NCBI GenBank assembly: GCA_964057225.1
Contig: OZ059900.1
Location: 2,356,001 to 2,420,000 of the forward strand
Source of the DNA: Auanema rhodensis
Lineage: Eukaryota; Animalia; Nematoda
Reading direction: 5' to 3'
DNA length: 64,000 nt
Part shown: in pieces, positions 45,601 to 59,699 of the stretch
How the letters are laid out: each line of letters starts with the position of its first letter
Position numbering within the stretch: the first letter of the stretch is position 1
Position numbers and translations under genes: made by a program
Notes under the pieces: generated by a model
What the model saw: only the letters and a program-made list of their open reading frames with translations
The model's database searches: none
Told to the model about the DNA's origin: nothing

Positions 45601-46750
45601 TATATATGATCAAAAGCATAGTTTTACTGTCTATGATAACAAAAGTCTTCAAATATACACTAATAATGATTGAATCACTGAATTTCACTCAAATAGCATT
45701 ACTACACTAAGTATGGTCGTTTTTATGCCTTTAACACCATATACTCACCGATTTTTGGTACAAAATCTGTGATACTCGTAAATTTTGATCATATTTGTTA
45801 AGATTCGAGAATCAAACACATAATACACAAAATAAGTCTATTTTTACGAGTTTGCACTGATATTTATTCATTTTGATCAAAAAAGGTCGAAAATAGAAAG
45901 AATTTTTGAAATTTCCGAGTTTTGAGTCCAATTTGGCTAAATCGCTCATATATATGATCAAAAGCATAGTTTTATTGTCTATAACAACAAAAGTCATCAA
46001 TTAAACGCTAGTGATGTTTAAATACTGAATTTCGCTCAAATAGCATTACTACACTAAGTATGGTCGTTTTTATGCCTTTAACACCATATACTCACCGATT
46101 TTTGGTACAAAATCTGTAATACTCGTAAATTTTGATCATATTCGTTAAGATTTGAGAATCAAACATACAATACACAAAATCAGTCTATTTTTATGAGCTT
46201 GCACTGATATATATTCATTTTGATCAAAAAAGGTCGAAAATAGAAAGAATTTTTGAAATTTCCGAGTTTTGAGTCTAATTTGGCTAAATCGCTCATATAT
46301 ATGATCAAAAGCATAGTTTTATTGTCTATGACAACAAAAGTCATCAATTAAACGCTAGTGATGTTTAAATACTGAATTTCGCTCGAATAGCATTACTACA
46401 CTAAGTATGGTCGTTTTTATGCCTTTAACACCATATACTCACCGATTTTTGGTACAAAATCTGTAATACTCGTAAATTTTGATCATATTCGGTGAGATTC
46501 GAGAATCAAACACACAATACACGAAATAAGTTTATTTTGACGAGTTTGCACTGGTATTTATTCATTTTGATCAAAAAAGGTCGAAAATAGAAAGAATTTT
46601 TGAATTTTCCGAGTTTTGAGTCCAATTTGGCTAAATCGCTCATATATATGATCAAAAGCATAGTTTTACTGTCTATGATAACAAAAGTCTTCAAATATAC
46701 ACTAATAATGATTGAATCACTGAATTTCACTCAAATAGCATTACTACACT
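42340..46750. repeat. Trimer periodicity, period 1042 bp, about 4 units (about 2 units in the paralogous 23220-25550 region)
   Basis: ORF series 42359/43401/44443, 42686/43728/44770/45812 and 45464/46506, and 23241/24283 and 23568/24610, are all spaced 1042 apart. Confidence 0.85.
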
Positions 46751-49700
46751 AAGTATGGTCGTTTTTATGCCTTTAACACCATATACTCACCGATTTTTGG
46801 TACAAAATCTGTGATACTCGTAAATTTTGATCATATTTGGTGAGATTCGAGAATCGAACACACAATACACAAAATAAGTCTATTTTTACGAGTTTGCACT
46901 GATATTTATTCATTTTGATCAAAAAAGGTCGAAAATAGAAAGAATTTTTGAAATTTCCGAGTTTTGAGTCTAATTTGGCTAAATCGCTCATATATATGAT
47001 CAAAAGCATAGTTTTACTGTCTATGATAACAAAAGTCTTCAAATATACACTAATAATGTGTAAATCACTGAATTTCACTCAAATAGCTTTACTACACTAA
47101 GTATGGTCGTTTTTATGCCTTTAACACCATATACTCACCGATTTTTGGTACAAAATCTGTAATACTCGTAAATTTCGATCATATTCGTTAAGATTCGAGA
47201 ATCAAACACACAATACACGAAATAAGTTTATTTTTACGAGTTTGCACTGATATTTATTCATTTTGATCAAAAAAGGTCGAAAATAGAAAGAATTTTTGAA
47301 TTTTCCGAGTTTTGAGTCCAATTGGGCTAAATCGCTCATATATATGATCAAAAGCATAGTTTCACTGTCTATGATAACAAAAGTCTTCAAATATACACTA
47401 GTAATGATTAAATCACTGAATTTCACTCGAATAGCTTTACTACACTAAGTATGGTCGTTTTTATGCCTTTAACACCATATACTCACCGATTTTTGGTACA
47501 AAATCTGTAATACTCGTAAATTTTGATCATATCCGTTAAGATTCGAGAATCAAACACACAATACACGAAATAAGTTTATTTTTACGAGTTTGCACTGATA
47601 TTTATTCATTTTGATCAAAAAAGGTCGAAAATAGAAAGAATTTTTGAATTTTCCGAGTTTTGAGTCCAATTGGGCTAAATCGCTCATATATATGATCAAA
47701 AGCATAGTTTCACTGTCTATGATAACAAAAGTCTTCAAATATACACTAGTAATTATTAAATCACTGAATTTCACTCAAATAGCATTACTACACTAAGTAT
47801 GGTCGTTTTTATGCCTTTAACACCATATACTCACCGATTTTTGGTACAAAATCTGTAATACTTGTAAATTTTGATCATATTCGTTAAGATTTGAGAATCA
47901 AACACATAATACACGAAATAAGTCTTTTTTTACAAGTTTGCACTGATATTTATTCATTTTGATCAAAAAAGGTCGAAAATAGAAAGAATTTTTGAAATTT
48001 CCGAGTTTTGAGTCCAATTTGGCTAAATCGCTCATATATATGATCAAAAGCATAGTTCTATTGTCTATAACAACAAAAGTCTTTAATTAAACGCTAGTGA
48101 TGTTTTAATACTGAATTTTGCTCAAATAGCATTACTACATTAAGTATGGTCGTTTTTATGCCTTTAACACCATATACTCACCGATTTTTGGTACAAAATC
48201 TGTAATACTTGTAAATTTTGATCATATTCGTTAAGATTCGAAAATCAAACACACAATACACGAAATAAGTTTATTTTTACAAGTTTGCACTGATATTTAT
48301 TCATTTTGATCAAAAAAGGTCGAAAATAGAAAGAATTTTTGAAATTTCCGAGTTTTGAGTCTAATTTGGCTAAATCGCTCATATATATGATCAGAAGCAT
48401 AGGTGTATTGTCTATGACAACAAAAGTCATTAATTAAACACTAATGATGTTTAAGTCACTAAATTTCGCTCTAATAGCATTACTACACTAAGTATGGTCG
48501 TTTTTATACCTTCAACACCATATACTCACCGATTTTTGGTACAAAATCTGTGATACTCGTAAATTTTGATCATATTCGTTAAGATTTGAGAATCAAACAC
48601 ACAATACACAATATCAGTCTATTTTTATGAGCTTGCACTGATATATATTCATTTTGATCAAAAAAGGTCGAAAACAGAAAGAATTTTTGAAATTTCCGAG
48701 TTTTGAGTCTAATTTGGCTAAATCGCTCATTTATATGATCAAAAGCATAGTTTTATTGTCTATGACAACAAAAGTCATCAATTAAACGCTAGTGATGTTT
48801 AAATACTGATTTTCGCTCAAATAGCATTACTACACTAAGTATGGTCGTTTTTATGCCTTTAACACCATATACTCACCGATTTTTGGTACAAAATCTGTAA
48901 TACTTGTAAATTTTGATCATATTCGTTAAGATTCGAGAATCAAACACATAATACACGAAATAAGTCTAGTTTTACAAGTTTGCACTGATATTTATTCATT
49001 TTGATCAAAAAAGGTCGAAAATAGAAAGAATTTTTGAAATTTCCGAGTTTTGAGTCCAATTTGGCTAAATCGCTCATATATAAGATCAAAAGCATAGTTT
49101 TATTGTCTATAACAACAAAAGTCATCAATTAAACGCTAGTGATATTTAAATACTGATTTTCGCTCAAGTAGCATTACTACACTAAGTATGGTCGTTTTTA
49201 TGCCTTTAACACCATATACTCACCGATTTTTGGTACAAAATCTGTAATACTTGTAAATTTTGATCATATTTGTTAAGATTTGAGAATCGAACATACAATA
49301 CACGAAATCAGTCTATTTTTATGAGCTTGCACTGATATATATTCATTTTCATCAAAAAAGGTCGAAAATAGAAAGAATTTTTGAAATTTCCGAGTTTTGA
49401 GTCTAATTTGGCTAAATCGCTCATATATATGATCAAAAGCATAGTTTTACTGTCTATGATAACAAAAGTCATCAATTAAACGCTAGTGATATTTAAATAC
49501 TGATTTTCGCTCAAGTAGCATTACTACACTAAGTATGGTCGTTTTTATGCCTTTAACACCATATACTCACCGATTTTTGGTACAAAATCTGTAATACTTG
49601 TAAATTTTGATCATATTTGTTAAGATTTGAGAATCGAACATACAATACACAAAATCAGTCTATTTTTATGAGCTTGCACTGATATATATTCATTTTCATC

Positions 49701-52700
49701 AAAAAAGGTCGAAAATAGAAAGAATTTTTGAAATTTCCGAGTTTTGAGTCCAATTTGGCTAAATCGCTCATATGTAAGATCAAAAGCATAGTTTTATTGT
49801 CTATAACAACAAAAGTCATCAATTAAACGCTAGTGATGTTTAAATACTGATTTTCGCTCAAATAGCATTACTACACTAAGTATGGTCGTTTTTATGCCTT
49901 TAACACCATATACTCACCGATTTTTGGTACAAAATCTGTAATACTTGTAAATTTTGATCATATTCGTTAAGATTCGAGAATCAAACACATAATACACGAA
50001 ATAAGTCTAGTTTTACAAGTTTGCACTGATATTTATTCATTTTGATCAAAAAAGGTCGAAAATAGAAAGAATTTTTGAAATTTCCGAGTTTTGAGTCCAA
50101 TTTGGCTAAATCGCTCATATATAAGATCAAAAGCATAGTTTTATTGTCTATAACAACAAAAGTCATCAATTAAACGCTAGTGATATTTAAATACTGATTT
50201 TCGCTCAAGTAGCATTACTACACTAAGTATGGTCGTTTTTATGCCTTTAACACCATATACTCACCGATTTTTGGTACAAAATCTGTAATACTTGTAAATT
50301 TTGATCATATTTGTTAAGATTTGAGAATCGAACATACAATACACAAAATCAGTCTATTTTTATGAGCTTGCACTGATATATATTCATTTTCATCAAAAAA
50401 GGTCGAAAATAGAAAGAATTTTTGAAATTTCCGAGTTTTGAGTCTAATTTGGCTAAATCGCTCATATATATGATCAGAAGCATAGTTTTATTGTCTATGA
50501 CAACAAAAATCATCAATTAAACGCTAGTGATGTTTAAATACTGATTTTCGCTCAAATAGCATTACTACACTAAGTATGGTCGTTTTTATGCCTTTAACAC
50601 CATATACTCACCGATTTTTGGTACAAAATCTGTAATACTTGTAAATTTTGATCATATTCGTTAAGATTCGAGAATCAAACACATAATACACGAAATAAGT
50701 CTAGTTTTACAAGTTTGCACTGATATATATTCATTTTGATCAAAAAAGGTCGAAAATAGAAAGAATTTTTGAAATTTCCGAGTTTTGAGTCTAATTTGGC
50801 TAAATCGCTCATATATATGATCAAAAGCATAGTTTTATTGTCTATGACAACAAAAGTCATCAATTAAACGCTAGTGATGTTTAAATACTGAATTTCGCTC
50901 AAATAGCATTACTACACTAAGTATGGTCGTTTTTATGCCTTTAACACCATATACTCACCGATTTTTGGTACAAAATCTGTAATACTCGTAAATTTTGTTC
51001 ATATTCGGTGAGATTCGAGAATCAAACACACAATACACGAAATAAGTTTATTTTGACGAGTTTGCACTGGTATTTATTCATTTTGATCAAAAAAGGTCGA
51101 AAATAGAAAGAATTTTTGAATTTTCCGAGTTTTGAGTCCAATTGGGCTAAATCGCTCATATATATGATCAGAAGCATAGTTTTATTGTCTATGACAACAA
51201 AAATCATCAATTAAACGCTAGTGATGTTCAAATACTGATTTTCGCTCAAATAGCATTACTACACTAAGTATGGTCGTTTTTATGCCTTTAACACCATATA
51301 CTCACCGATTTTTGGTACAAAATCTGTAATACTCGTAAAATTTGATCATATTTGTTAAGATTTGAGAATCAAACACACAATACACAAAATCAGTCTATTT
51401 TTATGAGTTTACACTGATATATATTCATTTTCATCAAAAAAGGTCGAAAATAGAAAGAATTTTTGAATTTTCCGAGTTTTGAGTCGAATTGGGCTAAATC
51501 GCTCATATATATGATCAAAAGCATAGTTTTACTGTCTATGATAACAAAAGTCATCAATTAAACGCTAGTGATGTTTAAATACTGAATTTCGCTCAAATAG
51601 CATTACTACACTAAGTATGGTCGTTTTTATGCCTTTAACACCATATACTCACCGATTTTTGGTACAAAATCTGTAATACTCGTAAATTTTGATCATATTC
51701 GTTAAGATTTGAGAATCAAACATACAATACACAAAATCAGTCTATTTTTATGAGCTTGCACTGATATATATTCATTTTGATCAAAAAAGGTCGAAAATAG
51801 AAAGAATTTTTGAAATTTCCGAGTTTTGAGTCTAATTTGGCTAAATCGCTCATATATATGATCAAAAGCATAGTTTTATTGTCTATGACAACAAAAGTCA
51901 TCAATTAAATGCTAGTGATGTTTAAATACTGATTTTCGCTCAAATAGCATTACTACACTAAGTATGGTCGTTTTTATGCCTTTAACACCATATACTCACC
52001 GATTTTTGGTACAAAATCTGTAATACTCGTAAATTTTGATCATATTCGATGAGATTCGAGAATCAAACACATAATACACGAAATAAGTCTAGTTTTACAA
52101 GTTTGCACTGATATTTATTCATTTTGATCAAAAAAGGTCGAAAATAGAAAGAATTTTTGAAATTTCCGAGTTTTGAGTCTAATTTGGCTAAATCGCTCAT
52201 ATATATGATCAGAAGCATAGTTTTATTGTCTATGACAACAAAAATCATCAATTAAACGCTAGTGATGTTTAAATACTGATTTTCGCTCAAATAGCATTAC
52301 TACACTAAGTATGGTCGTTTTTATGCCTTTAACACCATATACTCACCGATTTTTGGTACAAAATCTGTAATACTCGTAAAATTTGATCATATTTGTTAAG
52401 ATTTGAGAATCAAACACACAATACACAAAATCAGTCTATTTTTATGAGTTTACACTGATATATATTCATTTTGATCAAAAAAGGTCGAAAATAGAAAGAA
52501 TTTTTGAATTTTCCGAGTTTTGAGTCCAATTGGGCTAAATCGCTCATATATATGATCAAAAGCATAGTTTTATTGTCTATAACAACAAAAGTCATCAATC
52601 AAACGCTAGTGATGTTTAAATACTGAATTTCGCTCAAATAGCATTACTACACTAAGTATGGTCGTTTTTATGCCTTTAACACCATATACTCACCGATTTT

Positions 52701-55449
52701 TGGTACAAAATCTGTAATACTCGTAAATTTTGATCATATTCGTTAAGATTTGAGAATCAAACATACAATACACAAAATCAGTCTATTTTTATGAGCTTGC
52801 ACTGATATATATTCATTTTGATCAAAAAAGGTCGAAAATAGAAAGAATTTTTGAAATTTCCGAGTTTTGAGTCTAATTTGGCTAAATCGCTCATTTATAT
52901 GATCAAAAGCATAGTTTTATTGTCTATGACAACAAAAGTCATCAATTAAACGCTAGTGATGTTTAAATACTGAATTTCGCTCAAATAGCATTACTACACT
53001 AAGTATGGTCGTTTTTATGCCTTTAACACCATATACTCACCGATTTTTGGTACAAAATCTGTAATACTCGTAAATTTTGATCATATTCGGTGAGATTCGA
53101 GAATCAAACACACAATACACGAAATAAGTTTATTTTGACGAGTTTGCACTGGTATTTATTCATTTTGATCAAAAAAGGTCGAAAATAGAAAGAATTTTTG
53201 AATTTTCCGAGTTTTGAGTCCAATTGGGCTAAATCGCTCATATATAAGATCAAAAGCATAGTTTTATTGTCTATAACAACAAAAGTCATCAATTAAACGC
53301 TAGTGATATTTAAATACTGATTTTCGCTCAAGTAGCATTACTACACTAAGTATGGTCGTTTTTATGCCTTTAACACCATATACTCACCGATTTTTGGTAC
53401 AAAATCTGTAATACTCGTAAATTTTGATCATATTCGTTAAGATTTGAGAATCAAACATACAATACACAAAATCAGTCTATTTTTATGAGCTTGCACTGAT
53501 ATATATTCATTTTGATCAAAAAAGGTCGAAAATAGAAAGAATTTTTGAAATTTCCGAGTTTTGAGTCTAATTTGGCTAAATCGCTCATATATATGATCAA
53601 AAGCATAGTTTTATTGTCTATGACAACAAAAGTCATCAATTAAACGCTAGTGATGTTTAAATACTGAATTTCGCTCAAATAGCATTACTACACTAAGTAT
53701 GGTCGTTTTTATGCCTTTAACACCATATACTCACCGATTTTTGGTACAAAATCTGTAATACTCGTAAATTTTGATCATATTCGGTGAGATTCGAGAATCA
53801 AACACACAATACACGAAATAAGTTTATTTTGACGAGTTTGCACTGGTATTTATTCATTTTGATCAAAAAAGGTCGAAAATAGAAAGAATTTTTGAATTTT
53901 CCGAGTTTTGAGTCCAATTGGGCTAAATCGCTCATATATATGATCAAAAGCATAGTTTTACTGTCTATGATAACAAAAGTCTTCAAATATACACTAATAA
54001 TGATTGAATCACTGAATTTCACTCAAATAGCATTACTACACTAAGTATGGTCGTTTTTATGCCTTTAACACCATATACTCACCGATTTTTGGTACAAAAT
54101 CTGTAATACTCGTAAAATTTGATCATATTTGTTAAGATTTGAGAATCAAACACACAATACACAAAATCAGTCTATTTTTATGAGTTTACACTGATATATA
54201 TTCATTTTCATCAAAAAAGGTCGAAAATAGAAAGAATTTTTGAAATTTCCGAGTTTTGAGTCGAATTGGGCTAAATCGCTCATATATATGATCAAAAGCA
54301 TAGTTTTACTGTCTATGATAACAAAAGTCTTCAAATATACACTAATAATGATTAAATCACTGAATTTCACTCAAATAGCATTACTACACTAAGTATGGTC
54401 GTTTTTATGCCTTTAACACCATATACTCACCGATTTTTGGTACAAAATCTGTAATACTCGTAAATTTTGATCATATTCGTTAAGATTTGAGAATCAAACA
54501 TACAATACACAAAATCAGTCTATTTTTATGAGCTTGCACTGATATATATTCATTTTGATCAAAAAAGGTCGAAAATAGAAAGAATTTTTGAAATTTCCGA
54601 GTTTTGAGTCTAATTTGGCTAAATCGCTCATATATATGATCAAAAGCATAGTTTTATTGTCTATGACAACAAAAGTCATCAATTAAACGCTAGTGATGTT
54701 TAAATACTGAATTTCGCTCAAATAGCATTACTACACTAAGTATGGTCGTTTTTATGCCTTTAACACCATATACTCACCGATTTTTGGTACAAAATCTGTA
54801 ATACTCGTAAATTTTGATCATATCCGTTAAGATTCGAGAATCAAACACACAATACACGAAATAAGTTTATTTTTACGAGTTTGCACTGGTATTTATTCAT
54901 TTTGATCAAAAAAGGTCGAAAATAGAAAGAATTTTTGAAATTTCCGAGTTTTGAGTCTAATTTGGCTAAATCGCTCATATATATGATCAAAAGCATAGTT
55001 TTACTGTCTATGATAACAAAAGTCCTCAAATATACACTAATAATGATTGAATCACTGAATTTCACTCAAATAGCATTACTACACTAAGTATGGTCGTTTT
55101 TATGCCTTTAACACCATATACTCACCGATTTTTGGTACAAAATCTGTAATACTCGTAAATTTTGTTCATATTCGGTGAGATTCGAGAATCAAACACACAA
55201 TACACGAAATAAGTTTATTTTGACGAGTTTGCACTGGTATTTATTCATTTTGATCAAAAAAGGTCGAAAATAGAAAGAATTTTTGAATTTTCCGAGTTTT
55301 GAGTCCAATTGGGCTAAATCGCTCATATATATGATCAAAAGCATAGTTTTATTGTCTATAACAACAAAAGTCATCAATTAAACGCTAGTGATGTTTAAAT
55401 ACTGAATTTCGCTCAAATAGCATTACTACACTAAGTATGGTCGTTTTTA

Positions 55450-56840
55450 TGCCTTTAACACCATATACTCACCGATTTTTGGTACAAAATCTGTAATACT
55501 CGTAAATTTTGATCATATTCGTTAAGATTTGAGAATCAAACATACAATACACAAAATCAGTCTATTTTTATGAGCTTGCACTGATATATATTCATTTTGA
55601 TCAAAAAAGGTCGAAAATAGAAAGAATTTTTGAAATTTCCGAGTTTTGAGTCTAATTTGGCTAAATCGCTCATATATATGATCAAAAGCATAGTTTTATT
55701 GTCTATGACAACAAAAGTCATCAATTAAACGCTAGTGATGTTTAAATACTGAATTTCGCTCAAATAGCATTACTACACTAAGTATGGTCGTTTTTATGCC
55801 TTTAACACCATATACTCACCGATTTTTGGTACAAAATCTGTAATACTCGTAAATTTTGATCATATTCGGTGAGATTCGAGAATCAAACACACAATACACG
55901 AAATAAGTTTATTTTGACGAGTTTGCACTGGTATTTATTCATTTTGATCAAAAAAGGTCGAAAATAGAAAGAATTTTTGAATTTTCCGAGTTTTGAGTCC
56001 AATTGGGCTAAATCGCTCATATATATGATCAAAAGCATAGTTTTACTGTCTATGATAACAAAAGTCTTCAAATATACACTAATAATGATTGAATCACTGA
56101 ATTTCACTCAAATAGCATTACTACACTAAGTATGGTCGTTTTTATGCCTTTAACACCATATACTCACCGATTTTTGGTACAAAATCTGTAATACTCGTAA
56201 ATTTTGATCATATTCGTTAAGATTTGAGAATCAAACATACAATACACAAAATCAGTCTATTTTTATGAGCTTGCACTGATATATATTCATTTTGATCAAA
56301 AAAGGTCGAAAATAGAAAGAATTTTTGAAATTTCCGAGTTTTGAGTCTAATTTGGCTAAATCGCTCATATATATGATCAAAAGCATAGTTTTATTGTCTA
56401 TGACAACAAAAGTCATCAATTAAACGCTAGTGATGTTTAAATACTGAATTTCGCTCAAATAGCATTACTACACTAAGTATGGTCGTTTTTATGCCTTTAA
56501 CACCATATACTCACCGATTTTTGGTACAAAATCTGTAATACTCGTAAATTTTGATCATATTCGGTGAGATTCGAGAATCAAACACACAATACACGAAATA
56601 AGTTTATTTTGACGAGTTTGCACTGGTATTTATTCATTTTGATCAAAAAAGGTCGAAAATAGAAAGAATTTTTGAATTTTCCGAGTTTTGAGTCCAATTG
56701 GGCTAAATCGCTCATATATATGATCAAAAGCATAGTTTTACTGTCTATGATAACAAAAGTCTTCAAATATACACTAATAATGATTGAATCACTGAATTTC
56801 ACTCAAATAGCATTACTACACTAAGTATGGTCGTTTTTAT
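55450..56840. repeat. Dimer higher-order repeat (B plus the GGTGAG/TTTTGACGAG class-A variant), period 695 bp, 2 copies
   Basis: Identical 74-aa ORFs lie at 55883 and 56578, each preceded by a matching class-B monomer. Confidence 0.8.
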
Positions 56841-59699
56841 GCCTTTAACACCATATACTCACCGATTTTTGGTACAAAATCTGTGATACTCGTAAATTTT
56901 GATCATATTCGGTGAGATTCGAGAATCGAACACACAATACACAAAATAAGTCTATTTTTACGAGTTTGCACTGATATTTATTCATTTTGATCAAAAAAGG
57001 TCGAAAATAGAAAGAATTTTTGAAATTTCCGAGTTTTGAGTCTAATTTGGCTAAATCGCTCATATATATAATCAAAAGCATAGATTTACTGTCTATGATA
57101 ACAAAAGTCTTCAAATATACACTAATAATGTGTAAATCACTGAATTTCACTCAAATAGCTTTACTACACTAAGTATGGTCGTTTTTATGCCTTTAACACC
57201 ATATACTCACCGATTTTTGGTACAAAATCTGTAATACTTGTAAATTTTGATCATATTCGTTAAGATTTGAGAATCAAACATACAATACACAAAATCAGTC
57301 TATTTTTATGAGCTTGCACTGATATATATTCATTTTGATCAAAAAAGGTCGAAAATAGAAAGAATTTTTGAATTTTCCGAGTTTTGAGTCTAATTTGGCT
57401 AAATCGCTCATATATATGATCAGAAGCATAGTTTTATTGTCTATGACAACAAAAATCATCAATTAAACGCTAGTGATGTTTAAATACTGATTTTCGCTCA
57501 AATAGCATTACTACACTAAGTATGGTCGTTTTTATGCCTTTAACACCATATACTCACCGATTTTTGGTACAAAATCTGTAATACTCGTAAATTTTGATCA
57601 TATTCGGTGAGATTCGAGAATCAAACACATAATACACGAAATAAGTCTATTTTTACAAGTTTGCACTGATATTTATTCATTTTGATCAAAAAAGGTCGAA
57701 AATAGAAAGAATTTTTGAAATTTCCGAGTTTTGAGTCCAATTTGGCTAAATCGCTCATATATATGATCAAAAGCATAGTTTTATTGTCTATAACAACAAA
57801 AGTCATCAATTAAACGCTAGTGATGTTTAAATACTGAATTTCGCTCAAATAGCATGACTACACTAAGTATGGTCGTTTTTATGCCTTTAACACCATATAC
57901 TCACCGATTTTTGGTACAAAATCTGTAATACTCGTAAATTTTGATCATATTCGTTAAGATTTGAGAATCAAACATACAATACACAAAATCAGTCTATTTT
58001 TATGAGCTTGCACTGATATATATTCATTTTGATCAAAAAAGGTCGAAAATAGAAAGAATTTTTGAAATTTCCGAGTTTTGAGTCTAATTTGGCTAAATCG
58101 CTCATATATATGATCAAAAGCATAGTTTTATTGTCTATGACAACAAAAGTCATCAATTAAACGCTAGTGATGTTTAAATACTGAATTTCGCTCAAATAGC
58201 ATTACTACACTAAGTATGGTCGTTTTTATGCCTTTAACACCATATACTCACCGATTTTTGGTACAAAATCTGTAATACTCGTAAATTTTGTTCATATTCG
58301 GTGAGATTCGAGAATCAAACACACAATACACGAAATAAGTTTATTTTGACGAGTTTGCACTGGTATTTATTCATTTTGATCAAAAAAGGTCGAAAATAGA
58401 AAGAATTTTTGAATTTTCCGAGTTTTGAGTCCAATTGGGCTAAATCGCTCATATATATGATCAGAAGCATAGTTTTATTGTCTATGACAACAAAAATCAT
58501 CAATTAAACGCTAGTGATGTTCAAATACTGATTTTCGCTCAAATAGCATTACTACACTAAGTATGGTCGTTTTTATGCCTTTAACACCATATACTCACCG
58601 ATTTTTGGTACAAAATCTGTAATACTCGTAAAATTTGATCATATTTGTTGAGATTTGAGAATCAAACACACAATACACAAAATCAGTCTATTTTTATGAG
58701 TTTACACTGATATATATTCATTTTCATCAAAAAAGGTCGAAAATAGAAAGAATTTTTGAATTTTCCGAGTTTTGAGTCGAATTGGGCTAAATCGCTCATA
58801 TATATGATCAAAAGCATAGTTTTACTGTCTATGATAACAAAAGTCATCAATTAAACGCTAGTGATGTTTAAATACTGAATTTCGCTCAAATAGCATTACT
58901 ACACTAAGTATGGTCGTTTTTATGCCTTTAACACCATATACTCACCGATTTTTGGTACAAAATCTGTAATACTCGTAAATTTTGATCATATTCGTTAAGA
59001 TTTGAGAATCAAACATACAATACACAAAATCAGTCTATTTTTATGAGCTTGCACTGATATATATTCATTTTGATCAAAAAAGGTCGAAAATAGAAAGAAT
59101 TTTTGAAATTTCCGAGTTTTGAGTCTAATTTGGCTAAATCGCTCATATATATGATCAAAAGCATAGTTTTATTGTCTATGACAACAAAAGTCATCAATTA
59201 AATGCTAGTGATGTTTAAATACTGAATTTCACTCAAATAGCTTTACTACACTAAGTATGGTCGTTTTTATGCCTTTAACACCATATACTCAACGATTTTT
59301 GGTACAAAATCTGTAATACTCGTAAATTTTGATCATATTCGTTAAGATTTGAGAATCAAACATACAATACACAAAATCAGTCTATTTTTATGAGCTTGCA
59401 CTGATATATATTCATTTTGATCAAAAAAGGTCGAAAATAGAAAGAATTTTTGAATTTTCCGAGTTTTGAGTCCAATTGGGCTAAATCGCTCATATATATG
59501 ATCAAAAGCATAGTTTTACTGTCTATGATAACAAAAGTCTTCAAATATACACTAATAATGATTAAATCACTGAATTTCACTCAAATAGCATTACTACACT
59601 AAGTATGGTCGTTTTTATGCCTTTAACACCATATACTCACCGATTTTTGGTACAAAATCTGTGATACTCGTAAATTTTGATCATATTCGTTAAGATTTG

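Larger units (their letters stand above)
31460..49550. repeat. Copy 2 of the large intra-array segmental duplication
   Basis: Matching ORF variants include 6533/32256, 10008/35731, 18721/37839, 25571/46773 and 27738/48940. Confidence 0.88.
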
